The notes beneath the pieces are model-generated. The model saw nothing but the letters and a program-made list of their open reading frames with translations, ran no database searches and was not told the DNA's origin. Positions 11,066-23,200 of a DNA stretch of 37,134 nucleotides are shown one piece after another. Source of the DNA: Halocafeteria seosinensis (lineage: Eukaryota); NCBI GenBank assembly GCA_001687465.1, contig LVLI01000255.1, forward strand, positions 62,001 to 99,134, given 5' to 3'. Position numbers and translations under genes: made by a program. Numbering within the stretch: position 1 is the stretch's first letter; each line of letters begins with the position of its first letter.

Positions 11066-12106
11066 ATGGCTCCAGATAACAATACAGCTGCGAGTGATAG
11101 GAGTAGGGAGGGCGCTAGCCCTCCCCCTCAGCAACAGACAGCGACCAAGACGAGTGTCCATACGGGGGCAGGGCTTCCCTGGTACACTTTGCTGGCTGGA
11201 GGGGGAATCAGCGCTTGTGTCGCCGAGGTAAGACAAGGCCTACATGTGCGTACGGGACGAGTGAGTGCATAAGCACGTGAACTGCAGATTGCCACGATTC
11301 CGATCGATACAACCAAAGTTCGGATGCAGCTGGATACGCAACGTGGGGGCACCAACAACATGGTGTCCGCGATGAAAAAGATCTACGGCGAGGAAGGCTT
11401 GCTGGCCTTCTGGAAAGGACTCAATGCTGGACTGCAGAGGCAAATCGTATTTGCGTCACTTCGCCTATCCTTGTATGAGCGTATTCGGAGTATCTTTCAA
11501 GGGGACGCCGCCACAACCACTCTGCCCGCCAAAATTGCTTCGGGATTAGCAGCTGGTACCATTGGAATCACGATAGCAAATCCTACAGATGTTGTCAAAA
11601 TTCGACTACAGGCGGAAGGGAAACTAGCACAAGGGGTGGAACCTCGCTATAAAGGAGCCATGCATGCGTACAAAAAAATCATCGCCGAGGAAGGCATTCC
11701 CCGATTGTGGGCAGGATTACTTCCCAATATTGCACGAAATAGCGTCATCTGCGCTGCGGAATTGTCCGCGTACGATGTGGCACGAGAATTCGCCCTTCAG
11801 ACATTGAACCTCCCTGATAATACAGTGACCCATTTCCTCTGCGGTGCCGCGGCCGGTTCAGCGGGTACACTGGCAGGTAATCCCATTGACGTCGTCAAAA
11901 CACGAGTTATGAATGCCAGAAAGGGAAGTGGCGGACAGACTGAATATACAGGGGCACTTGATTGCCTATGGAAGACTTTGAAAAACGAGGGTCTATTCTC
12001 TTTCTACAGAGGTGCACTACCTCAATTTGTCAGAATAACGTCTTGGAACATCGTCATGTTTATTTGTTACGAGAAGTATAAGAAATTCTTCGTCAACCGA
12101 CTGTAA
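11066..12106 (+). CDS. UCP: Mitochondrial carrier (SLC25), uncoupling-protein/UCP-like; join(11066..11227,11288..12106), ~326 aa
   Basis: The 60-nt intron 11228-11287 (gtaaga...ctgcag) restores ACVAE|IATIPIDTTKVRMQL. Three Px[DE]xx[KR]xR signatures: PIDTTKVR, PTDVVKIR, PIDVVKTR. GLQRQ...LRLSLYE and PNIARN...AAEL..YD resemble plant/animal UCPs. Confidence 0.88.
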
Positions 12107-12190
12107 CACTGTAGTTTTGTGACTGCAGATACAGCACGCCTTCTCTTCTTTGTTCCGCCACACGAAATATCAATATACGGCCGTATAGAC

Positions 12191-15054
12191 TCATTCACTT
12201 ATACCCTGATCCTGCGCCTGCTGTTGACTCTGCTCCTTCAGTTTTTGTCTGCGCTTGGGCGCCTCCTCGAGCGCCCGGGCGAGTCCCATTATATTGAAAG
12301 GTTTAGCCAGCATCATATCAAAGCCTACTTGCAAGAATCTTTGCACATCTCTGACTGCTGTGTTTCCAGTCATCGCGATTATTGGAATATCAACGCCGCT
12401 AGCTCTCAAATCGCGGCATACTTCTGCCCCATCAGTACGTTGCATGATAATATCAATTACAATTACCGAGTACGGCTTACTCTGTTGCTCAGCCGCTTTC
12501 AAGGCATCCATGACTTCATCGCCATCTTCCAGTAGATTGTACGAGCAGCCAAGTCGATTGAGCATACGTGCCCCAAGACGACGGTTTACTTTTTCATCAT
12601 CCACAAATAACACGTAGGTGCCACTTAGCTTGTTAGCAGGCTGCTTCGTGTCACTCACTGGCTCAGCTTGTTCTATGGGCTGCACAGTCTCAAGCATCTT
12701 CAAGAACGGGTAAGATGACACAACATTGGCCTTGCTAAAGCTTTCTGCCGCCAGCGCAGGAGGTATTGGAGGGACTCTTGCGAACCGCTTCGGAATTCTC
12801 ACTTCCAATGCCGCGGATTCAGTATACTCAACTGACGAGTGTACCAGTGTGCGAACGGAACACATACCGAGGTAGAGTCTCGCACAAGCGATCCCTGCCT
12901 TTCGCGCCACCTGGGAAAGTCCGTTCAACTTAATGTTTGGTCTTGTATCTACTCCATCAGACAGGTAGTCAAAGGGATCTGAGGACAGCTGTTGGTCCAA
13001 CCATTCCTTAGACCATTTGGACGAGGACGCCGCTTTGTTGCAGAAAATGAGAAGAGAAGACTCATGGCCTTTTCTATCTGCATCAATTGGGTCATCCAAC
13101 GGCATTACAGTGAGCATTGTCCCTGCTGCGTTGTCGTCTTGCAATAACTGATTGTCTACTGTAAACTGAATAGATCGAAGCAAAAGAGTCAGACCCGCCA
13201 GTACTCGGTTGAAGTCGCTTTCTACAGATATACTAGACGACGCTGTTTCAAACTTTACGGAGTGAGTGTTGCCCGTCTGTAAGACGGCGCTCAGTCGCTG
13301 GAGGAGATCATAGAGTTCCCAGGAACTAGGTGTGGTGCCCAAGATTCCACAATGGGAAGTACTTGACAGCCACAAATCTTTCCATGTCTGCTCTGTCATT
13401 TCCTGTACAATGTTCATTGTTGCCTGTGCGGACTCCCCGGAAGACTGTTCTCTACAAGAAGCAAGGGTCTCGATATTGCCCCTGAGAGCCAGCATCAGCG
13501 AGATAATGCAACGACTAAGATATGGGTCAGGGTTGTAAGAGTTGTTTGCTGTCTGTTGCACCGGCATTTCCGGTTGTCTTGCTCGTTGAACAGCTGTCTC
13601 TGGGCCGGCTTGTTGTGTTTGCTGTTGTTCGTTGCCACATAGTCGTTCGCTGACAAATATCACAGGTTCTCTTCCCGGCAATTTAACAGGATGTGCTTCC
13701 TGTACAACGGAGACGTTCTGTCCATTTTTGTGTAGTCGCTGGAACTGCGTCCGAACATGGATCTTGCTCAACGCCTCATCGATGCCAGTCGACTTTAGAC
13801 GTGCAACTTCTGCCTTAATTTTTTCGCTGACGTTCTCCACTGACTCTTTGTCTTCTTTCGCCACCATTTCTGAAAGATGCATGCCAATTAAGTCATCACC
13901 GTCCAATCCTGCATACCAACGGTTACTTATATCTCAAACCCCGGACGCGATCACTCCAATTACACTGATTACTACATACCCAATAGAACTTTTGCCCCTG
14001 GGGAAGCAAAAAGGACAACACCTTGTAGACTGATTTCCATGAAGAGGTCGGTGTTATTCTTGATCAGCTCGGTTAATCGTTGTTGTGATTCCAGTTTAAC
14101 AACTTTGCCGACATTGTACTGGATGAGAGAGCTAAGCTTTCTCCTCATTGCCGTTTCCCGTCGAAACACGAGTCTGAGATGTCTTTCCGTATTCCATAGC
14201 GTAACGAGTGAGAGCACAAGGATAACAATGAGAAAAACAATCGGCAATGCAATCCTGTCCGAGTCCACAAACGGCAGCAAGAACGCCAAGTTGGTGATCA
14301 TTGCCAAGGTCGATGCTACCGTCACCGAGCGCCACTGGACGTGCATAGCTAGACTCAGAATAAAGGGGAACGGGAGCAGAAAGGCAAAGTTAATCCAGGG
14401 TACATCTCCATCATCCAGTGTTTCACAGGACCTGGTTTTGTCCGGATCATCCTGCACAACGCAGATGAAGTCCAAGACCGGGAAGCTCGCTGTGGCCAAG
14501 AAGAGACACACGACGGATACAATGGGCCAGGAGATGACCCATGAAGGCGGAGGCGTGAGTCTGAGAGCCCATGCCGTAGCAATGACGACGGGAAGGAGTC
14601 TGGCGAGTACGAGCACGAGTACTTGGGCGATGGTGGCGTATCCTTGGACCTTTTCGATAAACGTCGCTACAAAGACGAGTACGAGGTAGGATAGGATCGA
14701 GACAAGAGTCGACCGTTGGTTGCTGTACCAGCGGTGCAATCGGAAGGCCTTTTCGTCCGAGACGTTTTCAAAATAGGGCAATGTAGGCGCCAACGAGAGA
14801 TCCGAGACGGGGGTGAAATAGGAGAACAAGGTGTCCGCCGAGGGGCCTCCAGCCCACCACCCTCCAAGGTTCGTAGTCACACGTTCCTCTTCCTCCTCAC
14901 CCATGACGGACTCGGAGTCCGAGCCCGTCGTGTACATTCTCCCTCCGCCTCCTCCTGTGGTGGCGTTGGCAATATCGTGCTCGTCCACCACACCAGCTCG
15001 GTTCCCCCCAGGAGCCTGGGCTTGCGGCGGCGGCTGCTGCTGCTGCTGCTGCAT
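12191..15054 (-). CDS. Membrane hybrid sensor: 6 TM + coiled coil + PAS + degenerate HisKA/HATPase + response-regulator receiver; complement(join(12191..13908,13980..15054)), ~930 aa
   Basis: The 71-nt phase-1 intron 13909-13979 (gtatgt...atgcag) joins the PAS motif FASPGAKVLLG|LDGDDLIGMHL. Receiver: VLFVDDEKVNR, VIVIDIIM, IPIIAMTGN, LAKPF. Six hydrophobic segments in exon 1; N-terminal polyQ. Confidence 0.85.
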
Positions 15055-15467
15055 TCTTCACGCGCACACATACAACACGAAAAGGAAGAAATCTTATCTT
15101 ATCTAATCCCCCCTCTCTCTCTCTCTCTCTCTCTCGGAGTCTCTCCGTTTGGGGTCTGAACAAACCAAACAAACATAGCGACTACTACATGTACTACCTG
15201 GTTGTACTAAGTACTTGGTTTGGTTGGGTGCCACAAATTTGATCCAGTGTCGGTGCTCTGTTGCATGTTTTGTGGGTGTCCTGGGGGACTACTGGACTGA
15301 ACTGTCTGCCCCACAGGAGAAGCGACTTGCGTTTTTATCATTTCATGTTTGGTAATACCGAGGTGCGTTTTTGCGTGCGCGCCGGCGTGGGGTTGTATGC
15401 GTATGATATGCAACACGCGTACATGTAAGTGGGCCACTGCAACTATTGCAGGCAAGACATAGTAGCT
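15055..15467. promoter_or_regulatory. Probable bidirectional promoter/5'UTR region (413 bp) between divergent start codons
   Basis: Head-to-head ATGs at 15054 (-) and 15468 (+). No specific promoter element identified. Confidence 0.4.
15113..15135. repeat. (CT)11 microsatellite in the divergent intergenic region
   Basis: Perfect ct run ~60 bp upstream of the sensor-gene ATG (GA run on its coding strand). Confidence 0.9.
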
Positions 15468-17014
15468 ATGGACGACGGAGAGCTCTCGGATTCCGGCTCC
15501 TATGGAAACGCTAGACGAGGTAGGGTTTATGCACGACGAAGAGGACGAGGTGGAACGGCATCCTCCGCGTCGGGACAAGGACGCAGGAGAAGCTCGACAA
15601 ACCCGGTGCACATTGACGTTGACCTTGCCAGTGACAGTGACAGTGACAGTGACAGGACTGCTTCCCAAAGTGCAGCACGAGCACGGAAGACAAGAACACA
15701 ACAGAAGAAGAAGAAGAAAGCGAGTGGTGCCGGTACGAGTTCGGACAGTGCAACGAAGAAAAGACGGAAAAAGACGGCAAGTGAACCGAAGGCTGAGCAA
15801 CGACTGAAGCGGTATCGCCCCAAGCAATCGGTAGCGACTACCATGCGCATCAAAAGAGCATTAGGCCAGCGAATGTTTTTGCTCGACGAAAAAATGCTTC
15901 ACTCGACTGAAGACGGTCACCCGTATGGTCATTTCGGTACGGTTTCCTTCCTTCGTTTTCCGTATCGTGTAGTCTCATTGTCTTGTCACCCATTTCACAT
16001 TCTTACGTCGGGAATAAATGTTGCAGTCGTGCTGGGATCGAGGGGAAACGCCTACGATGTCACAATCGATCGTCTGGTGTCTTGTCAGTGCCCCGACTTC
16101 TTAAAGGTGAGAGAAACAGCCCGTCTCTATATTAGGACATCTATCAATGAAGTTTGGAGTGATCTCCGCAGGGAAACCTTTGTAAACACGTCATTTTCGT
16201 CCTTGTTCGGGTTCTCGGTAGAGCGCAGAACGATCCTTTAGTGTGGCAGCAGGCACTGTTGACATCCGAGCTTCAAGATATCTTTGATGGAGCCGAGGAA
16301 GCGGGAAGACGGTAAATATAGACGCTATGCGATCCTTGGTATTTATCCCGTTCAGAATTAATAGTATGCGTTTGCAGACGGGACGTATTAGCCAACGACG
16401 CTGCGAGAAGAGCGTACAAGCTTGCCACCTCAGGCGAGACAGCAGAAGGTAGGGGGTTATTAGGTGATATCACGTTCGTTTACCAGGGAAGTATCCATGC
16501 GTGTTACGTGTGTATTCGTTATGTCCAGTTACTCGGAGACCTGTTGAAGAGGCCGGTGATTGCCCGATTTGCTATGAAGATCAATCGGCTGCCGATGAGC
16601 GCTTAACGTGGTGTCGTTCCTGTGGTAACAGTATGTATTTCCACTAAAATGTACCGAAAATATGATAGGTGATTTCTTTGCTCAATTCCTCAGATATGCA
16701 CGCTACTTGCTTGAGTACATGGATCGAATCCCAGCGCAAGAGTGGACATGCTCCCACATGTGTCCTATGTCGGGATCCTTGGGTGGACCCGGACGCGTCT
16801 ACCGCTGCGTCGGCCAAAAAGCATGGTAATGCCTACCTGAACTTTGCTACTGAGCAAGGGATTGATCCAGGAGAAGCTGGTAGGAGGGAGTTCTGTAAGA
16901 TTCCGTACTATTTTATTATAGTGTGCGTACCCGCTTAGCGGCACTGGTGTTGCAGATCCTCGATATCGCTACGCCTATGACGGTGATTACGACTATGACG
17001 AGTTTTACGACTGA
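15468..17014 (+). CDS. SWIM zinc finger + RING protein (ZSWIM2/MAP3K1 N-terminus-like E3 ligase); join(15468..15936,16027..16106,16172..16311,16378..16448,16529..16630,16694..16879,16956..17014), ~368 aa
   Basis: Six GT-AG introns (63-90 nt) give one continuous frame: RIKRALGQRMFLL; F|VVLGSRGNAYDVTI; SCQCPDFLK|GNLCKHVIFVL (SWIM CxCxnCxH); WQQALLTSEL; DCPICYE...WCRSCGN|NMHATCLSTW...TCVLCRDPW (RING). Lys-rich, NLS-like N-terminus. Confidence 0.88.
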
Positions 17015-17242
17015 TATATCGCGTACATCTATATAGTGACTCGATAGCGTTATCTTATTTTGCGCCGCTTAAGTTTGATTCTTTGCTACTACAAACTTAG
17101 AACCTGATCACACAAATAGCTACAGATACACGCTGCATCAAACTACGATTCTACCCATAGCGCTTGTTTAATGTGTGTCAGTGCTGTTTGCGAGAATGAA
17201 TCCCGCACTCTCCCTGGCGAAGACATTGATGGGGTGGGATGG

Positions 17243-20200
17243 TCAACCAGGAGACTTCTTTTGTCTCCGACGGTGTCGCCGCGGCTGTTTTGTGTTTTGG
17301 AGAGGATTAATCGTCGTTGTGTCAGAGTCTTTTGACCGAGGAGTTCGCTGACGATAGCGACGTGTCCGTTGGTAGCGAACTGTTTGTGGTACATAGTACC
17401 TCCTTTCTGCGGCATGCTCCAGAGCTCTACTAGTACGGCCAGTAGGGATGAGTTCTGTTGCATCCTTCTGTGCCTTGATATGAGATATGTTCCTTCTGTG
17501 TGTTACCAAGGGATTTGTTTGCTCCGATGTGTTTCGTAAGTTGTCTCCACTGGTCGTGCCTATGCGAAGCCCTACTTCCGGCAACGGGTTCTCTACATCT
17601 ACTTCGGAAGCAGCACCTTTATCGTCAAAGTGGCCGGTACCTACCGCTCGCCGTTTCTGTTTCCGACGGCGCCTCATTTTTACAGGCCTTGACTTCTTTT
17701 CTGGGTCGCTGGACTGGGCTGGTTGATCAAGAGGTTGCTTGGTCGGTATCCCGGTACTGACTTTGCGAGAGCGCGACCTAGCGCCCCCTCCCTTCCAGAG
17801 CTGCTGCATGACAGCCTTCACTGATTGAACGGCTTGGGGGAACAAGCTTAAAAACACTATTGCACACACTAAGAGGAAGACCCCCTGTACAAGCAACACG
17901 GCTAGCTCTGTGTTTGTTCGGGTAAACACGGTAGGCGATCTCCGCAGGATTCCCGCATCCAGAGTTGTAAGGATAATTCCGAAGCAGCAGTTGAGCGAGA
18001 CCACCAAAATCATCCCCCCTTGAAGAAGCGTAAGAATCCTAGTGCGGAAGGGAGCTATTGTCATCGCAATTGGATGATACAGTATGAGAAGACTTGTAGA
18101 GAATACGAGTTGCCAAATTGGACTATTGACCCAAACTGCAATGACTAATAGCAATACTTTCCTGGCAATCATCAACATGTCCCAGAGGTATCCAAAGCGT
18201 TCTATCCTATACCCGCCAGTAACTTTCACGAACTTCATAATTTGGGTAAACGATGTGAGATGACGTCGCCAATAAATGTAGTATGCGGTCACTATAACAG
18301 GATACCCAGAGACAAATACTGACAAGGAGACAAGTGCAGCGATCCACAAAATTTGGTAACGGTGGCTGTCAGTCGTCAGCGTCAGATCAACTGCTGCTCT
18401 CTGAGTTCCGTCGATCTCCTCAGGGTATGTCTTAAAACTTCGGAACGTTGCATCTGTAACAGACATGTGTATGAGATTGAGCAACACAATGGCCGAGCGT
18501 GTGGAATTCTGTAGGATTGCGCGAGTGGAAAAGGATATCGCACTGCAGTACTGCAGAGAGGATTGCACAACCGCGACAACCCCAATGACCACAATAGGTG
18601 TGGCCATGACGAAGAGGTTGGTTTCAACTGGAGTTGTCCCAGTAACACATTGAAAGGGACTTGCCCGTGCAGGGCTCATTGTCGAAGAGGTTGCCACGGA
18701 AGTAATCCAAGAGGACATTCCTCTAAATGGATTGAGTTCCATGGTATTCAAAATAGCACATATTTGAAGGTAGTCCAAAACCAATACCACAGTGTGCTGC
18801 AAGGTCTTCATTTCGAGTTTTGCTGCAAATAGGTTATTCCCGCCGCTGGTTTGAAACTGTTCCAGAGTGCGCTCCGTTATATTGCCCTCAACATCTTCTC
18901 TTGCCTCTCCCCTGCTGGCACCTGCATTGCTTGCAACAACGTCCTCATCTAATTCAGAGTCTCGGAACGATTGATAAGCAATTGCTATAACTACGAGAAG
19001 TAAGGCCGTACCAAAAAAGGACAAGAAATATACATCGCGAGACGCACTCCTGCATGGTGCACATGAGCCATCACCAGTTCTTGCGTACCCTTCGGTACAT
19101 TGACTGCACACGGGGCCTGCGTAACCAGTCGAGCAGTGGATACCTTTCGCTGCCGAAGAGACCACACAGGCCGCAGACGGTGAACAGCGATGGAAGATGA
19201 CTTCTCCACCAGATAGTGCACCGATCAAATTGGTGTTGGCGTCGCTACTACTGCATGGCTCGCACCAATATCCGTCGATTATTCTTAACTCGCCACCAAT
19301 ACAGGAAGCCCCCTCGGTCGGACAACGTATGCATTGACTTGATCCTCGTTCGGCAAAGAAGCCAGAAGGGCATGGCCTACACTGCTCTGAGTTCGATGGA
19401 TTAGGTTGGAATGAGCCAGCAGAACAGGGGAGGCAACTTCCGTTACCACGACGGTGTCCAGCTTCGCATACACACTCTCCGCCAGAAGCGTCGGGAATTT
19501 CATGCTCCCCAGGGCATTCGACAGCGTTCGATGTTAAGAGGAGCGGAGATTGTTGAATGGATGAGTTTCCCAACATTACCTTCAAAAAGAATGAACCGGT
19601 TGCCTTCAAAAAGACTCCGAATTGCAAGGAAGTGACGGTGCGGTCGGAGGCAAACAGGGTAGGTAGCTCAAGCTCAGCTGGAACGACGGTGGAATTCGGT
19701 GCTGATAACTGTAAGCTTAGAGAAGGGTACTCCGTAAAACCGCTTGTAGATGATGTAAATCCTTTCCAATTTGACGGGGAAAGTTTTGCTGTTGCAGGTC
19801 CATATCCAAACTGGTCTCTAAGATCCAGAGACACATCGAGTGTCGCGCCGACCGTTCCTTCCCTTCGTGTGTCAGTAGCTCGTGACTCCATCGGTGAAGC
19901 AATACCTGGTACATGCCGAAACTGAAGTTGTTCTCCAAATGTCGCAGACGGTTGCCCAGTGGTCCGAGACTGACCAAAGAAAATGTCCATGGTGAATGCA
20001 AGCTCGAAGTTTCCGGGTTTAACCTGGACTCTACGGCCATCTGACCTTTCCAGTGACAGGAGTCTGGACGGGTAACTCAGTTGTAGCAAAAAGATGGCTG
20101 ATGCACCCTGCTTTAGTTTCAGCTGGGTTGGTGAAATGGAGAGCCAATCCGCAAGGGCAATTGTTCTTCCTTGATTTCGGGCGTTCATTCTTAGCGTCTC

Positions 20201-23200
20201 ATTGGCATTTCTTGAGAGCGAATTCAAGCGGAAATTCGACAGGCTCACGGTCAGTGCATAAGATTCAGTGTTGATAACACTCAATGGAAGTGCTACAGAG
20301 TCAAGCGGTTGCAGCGTGGGCAGAGGATCGAACTGTTTACAGACATATATCGAAGTGACCGTTAGCTGTGCGCGGATCCAAAAATGAATCGGTTGGTTGG
20401 GCCCCTCAAAGAGTTTGGGGACATTTTGGGACACCTGCATTTCTCCATCCATTGCGTCTGTAAGAACTAACACCCAGGCTGTGAATACTCCCAATCCAGG
20501 TGCTTTCGCCGGCGCAAATGTAATTGGAATTGAAGAGGTTTCTCCGGCGCCTATCTGTCCTGACGACACATCCGGAAAGATCCAATCCAATTCCGTTTTG
20601 TTTACTGCTTCACCGTCATTTGTGAAGATACTGGCTGTCCATAAAGCCCGATAGTCACCTTCGTTTACCAATCCAGCTTGGCGATGCGTAGAGCTTTCTG
20701 AAAGACTACGAGAAAGTTTTAAATTCGACAGTCCCAGCTCTAGCGCAGCTTGTTTCACACTGATATCAATTTGTATGCCAATCGTTTTGATTATTGTTTC
20801 GTTCTTTTTCGAAAGGAACGTGACATCTACAAAGGTGCTGCTGACATCCGACGGGACGGGACCGGTGCGTATAGAAATGTTCCTTTCCACAACAGTGACG
20901 CTGGAGACGGAGACCGTGACCGTGCTTGCGGGCGCCGATATGAACTTCTGGGCGCTTTTTGGGACGTTAAATGTTGCTTTCGTATTAGGTTCGAATGTTA
21001 AGGAAATTGTTTTGTGGAGAGTCCTATCATTGCTTCTGCTGCGACCAAACTCTACAGTTAAGTGCTGAGGAGAAACTCCCACTAGCGAATTCGAAGTTGA
21101 GGACGAGCTAGCGGAAATTTTCATTTTCTTTATCGGCATGGTGACTGCTAGTTGCGCTGTCTGTATCACTTCTTGATTCAAGGACATGAGCATTTCGGCG
21201 GGAACTAAAACTTCCGTCGAGTTCCGTTTGGAATCAATCTCCGTTAAATGCCTCGCTCCGACACTTTCCTTTAGTATTTGGCGTTGTGCCTCTACGATTT
21301 TGTTAATGTCAGGAGGATACCAAATTCTAAAATCATATGACAATAGGCGACATGTCTTGACGTGTGTCCAATGAACACAGCTAGAGTTCAAGGCCAACAC
21401 TGAGGTCAGTCGAAATGGAGGGCCAATGCCAAGCGAAGAACCTGCATAGGCTGGGTGGCAGCCGTAGAATATGTTTCCACGCTGCGGTAGATTACCGCAT
21501 TGTAGGCCCAGTTGGGGTTCTTCTCCCGTTACACTTTGCGCCTTGAGCTGTAGTCGGCCAACAGTAACATTCTCGTCCTGGGTAGGGGACAGTAGGTCTG
21601 CTTGATACTGTGCGGAGATGCAGTTAAATGCCTCGGCAACACCGCATGCAAATACTTCAGTCGCTGAAGTGTCGATTTTGGGTGATAGCTCTGCTTTCCA
21701 AGGCGTCTTACTTGGTGTAACAGAAGCCGTTATTGAGGAAGTTGGGGTTGCGGTATGGGAGCTTGAAGCCGAGGGAGACGCAGTCCAGCTCGGAGTAACT
21801 GACGCTGAGGCAGTAACACTTGGGGTAGTCGACGTAGATGGTGTATGGCTTGGTGTAGGGCTTGTAGTTGGAGTAGGTGCATCTGTTACAGATACTTTAC
21901 AATCGGGAACTTCTAACGTAGCCCCGAACTCCACCACAAAATTGTCTCCACCGTTCATGTCCACACACCCGTCAATCACCAAGCTGCTTGCAGATAGTAT
22001 GTGAGCGTAAGCACCTATCATAATGTATGACACCCCTTGTATGCGCATGAGGCTGTTGTCTAGCATCTCTAGTTGCTGAATGCCAAAACGCGTCCCTTGG
22101 GTTGCTTCAAGACGTGCCACCGCGGAATCCTGGAGCACTGCAGAGCCGACTGTCAAATTTATATTTTCCGAGATAGCTTGGATTTTGGAGTTCTCAAACA
22201 TTTGCAACCAATCAGATTCAAAATTTAAGAAGCTCTCCGGCTCTAGCTGCAAAACGGACCGTCCGCTGAGTTTCAGAATCGAGGAGTGAACATCCAAAGA
22301 CCCGGGACCATTAAATCGCAAGAGTGAAGAAGCTAACAATTCCAAGAAACTAAGCGATTGAACCTTGAATAGACCGCATTGGAAATCGAGAACGCCATCG
22401 TAGAGCAGGATCCCGTAGGCGCCCTGCAAGATCCCCTCTACGGTTATTTGCACCCCATTGATAGTCACATTGGTCCATCGTGGAACAGACATCGTTGACG
22501 ACCTTGATATCTGAATGTCGAGGTGAAGTTCGAACAGAGTTCGGTTTAGCGTAGTCTCGTATCCCAGCGCGCTAGATGAGACAATATCTACTCTTTGATG
22601 ATTTGCAACACTTAAAGTTCCCGTACCGTCCGCTTGGAGATGCTTAATAGACGCGGTGCGTTCTGATGTACCTCCATCTGCACCGCCGATGACTAATGTA
22701 CTTCCTCGAAGAATCTGGAACTTCTCAAAGTGTAGCCGCTCGGCAGAGCGAGTCAAGACCGATGTGGTGCCAACGGTGCGGTTCGTACCCAGACTGGCAT
22801 GTGGAATTCCCCCATCCACGATTAGAGCAGCGTCAAATGCTGGGGGGCAATCCATGTAGATCGTTCCAGAACCTGATAGCTTGGTACCATCAGAGGAGGC
22901 TCCTCCATATGCTTCCAGGCGAGGGATGCGGAATGTGGTGTTCCCATCACCTGGAATTATCCTACTGCAGTGTAATGCAATCCTGCCTCCTCCTCCACCC
23001 GCCGCACACGAACCATCATCATCTAGAGACGAGCATCCATTTCCGTTACCACCATTTGTTCGGATGAAGCCGCCTGATTTCTCAATGCTACCCGTGTCTA
23101 GAGAGAAACTCCCGCCAGCACCACCACCGTTTCTGCAAGCACACATATTTCGCATGAATGAACGACTCGAGAGCGCAATAGACCAACTTGGACGAAATGC

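Noticed and set aside
12191..15054. Bacterial contamination or a recent HGT island (two-component gene)
   Set aside because: It has a spliceosomal intron and a polyQ N-terminus and is closely flanked by eukaryotic genes.
16027..16311. SWIM domain as part of a MULE transposase
   Set aside because: No DDE domain or terminal inverted repeats; the SWIM + RING layout with six introns fits a cellular E3 ligase.
2512..17014. Functional gene cluster linking the cyclase/PDE, sensor, E3 ligases and carrier
   Set aside because: Mixed orientations and unrelated families; adjacency in a compact eukaryotic genome is not evidence without synteny or co-expression data.
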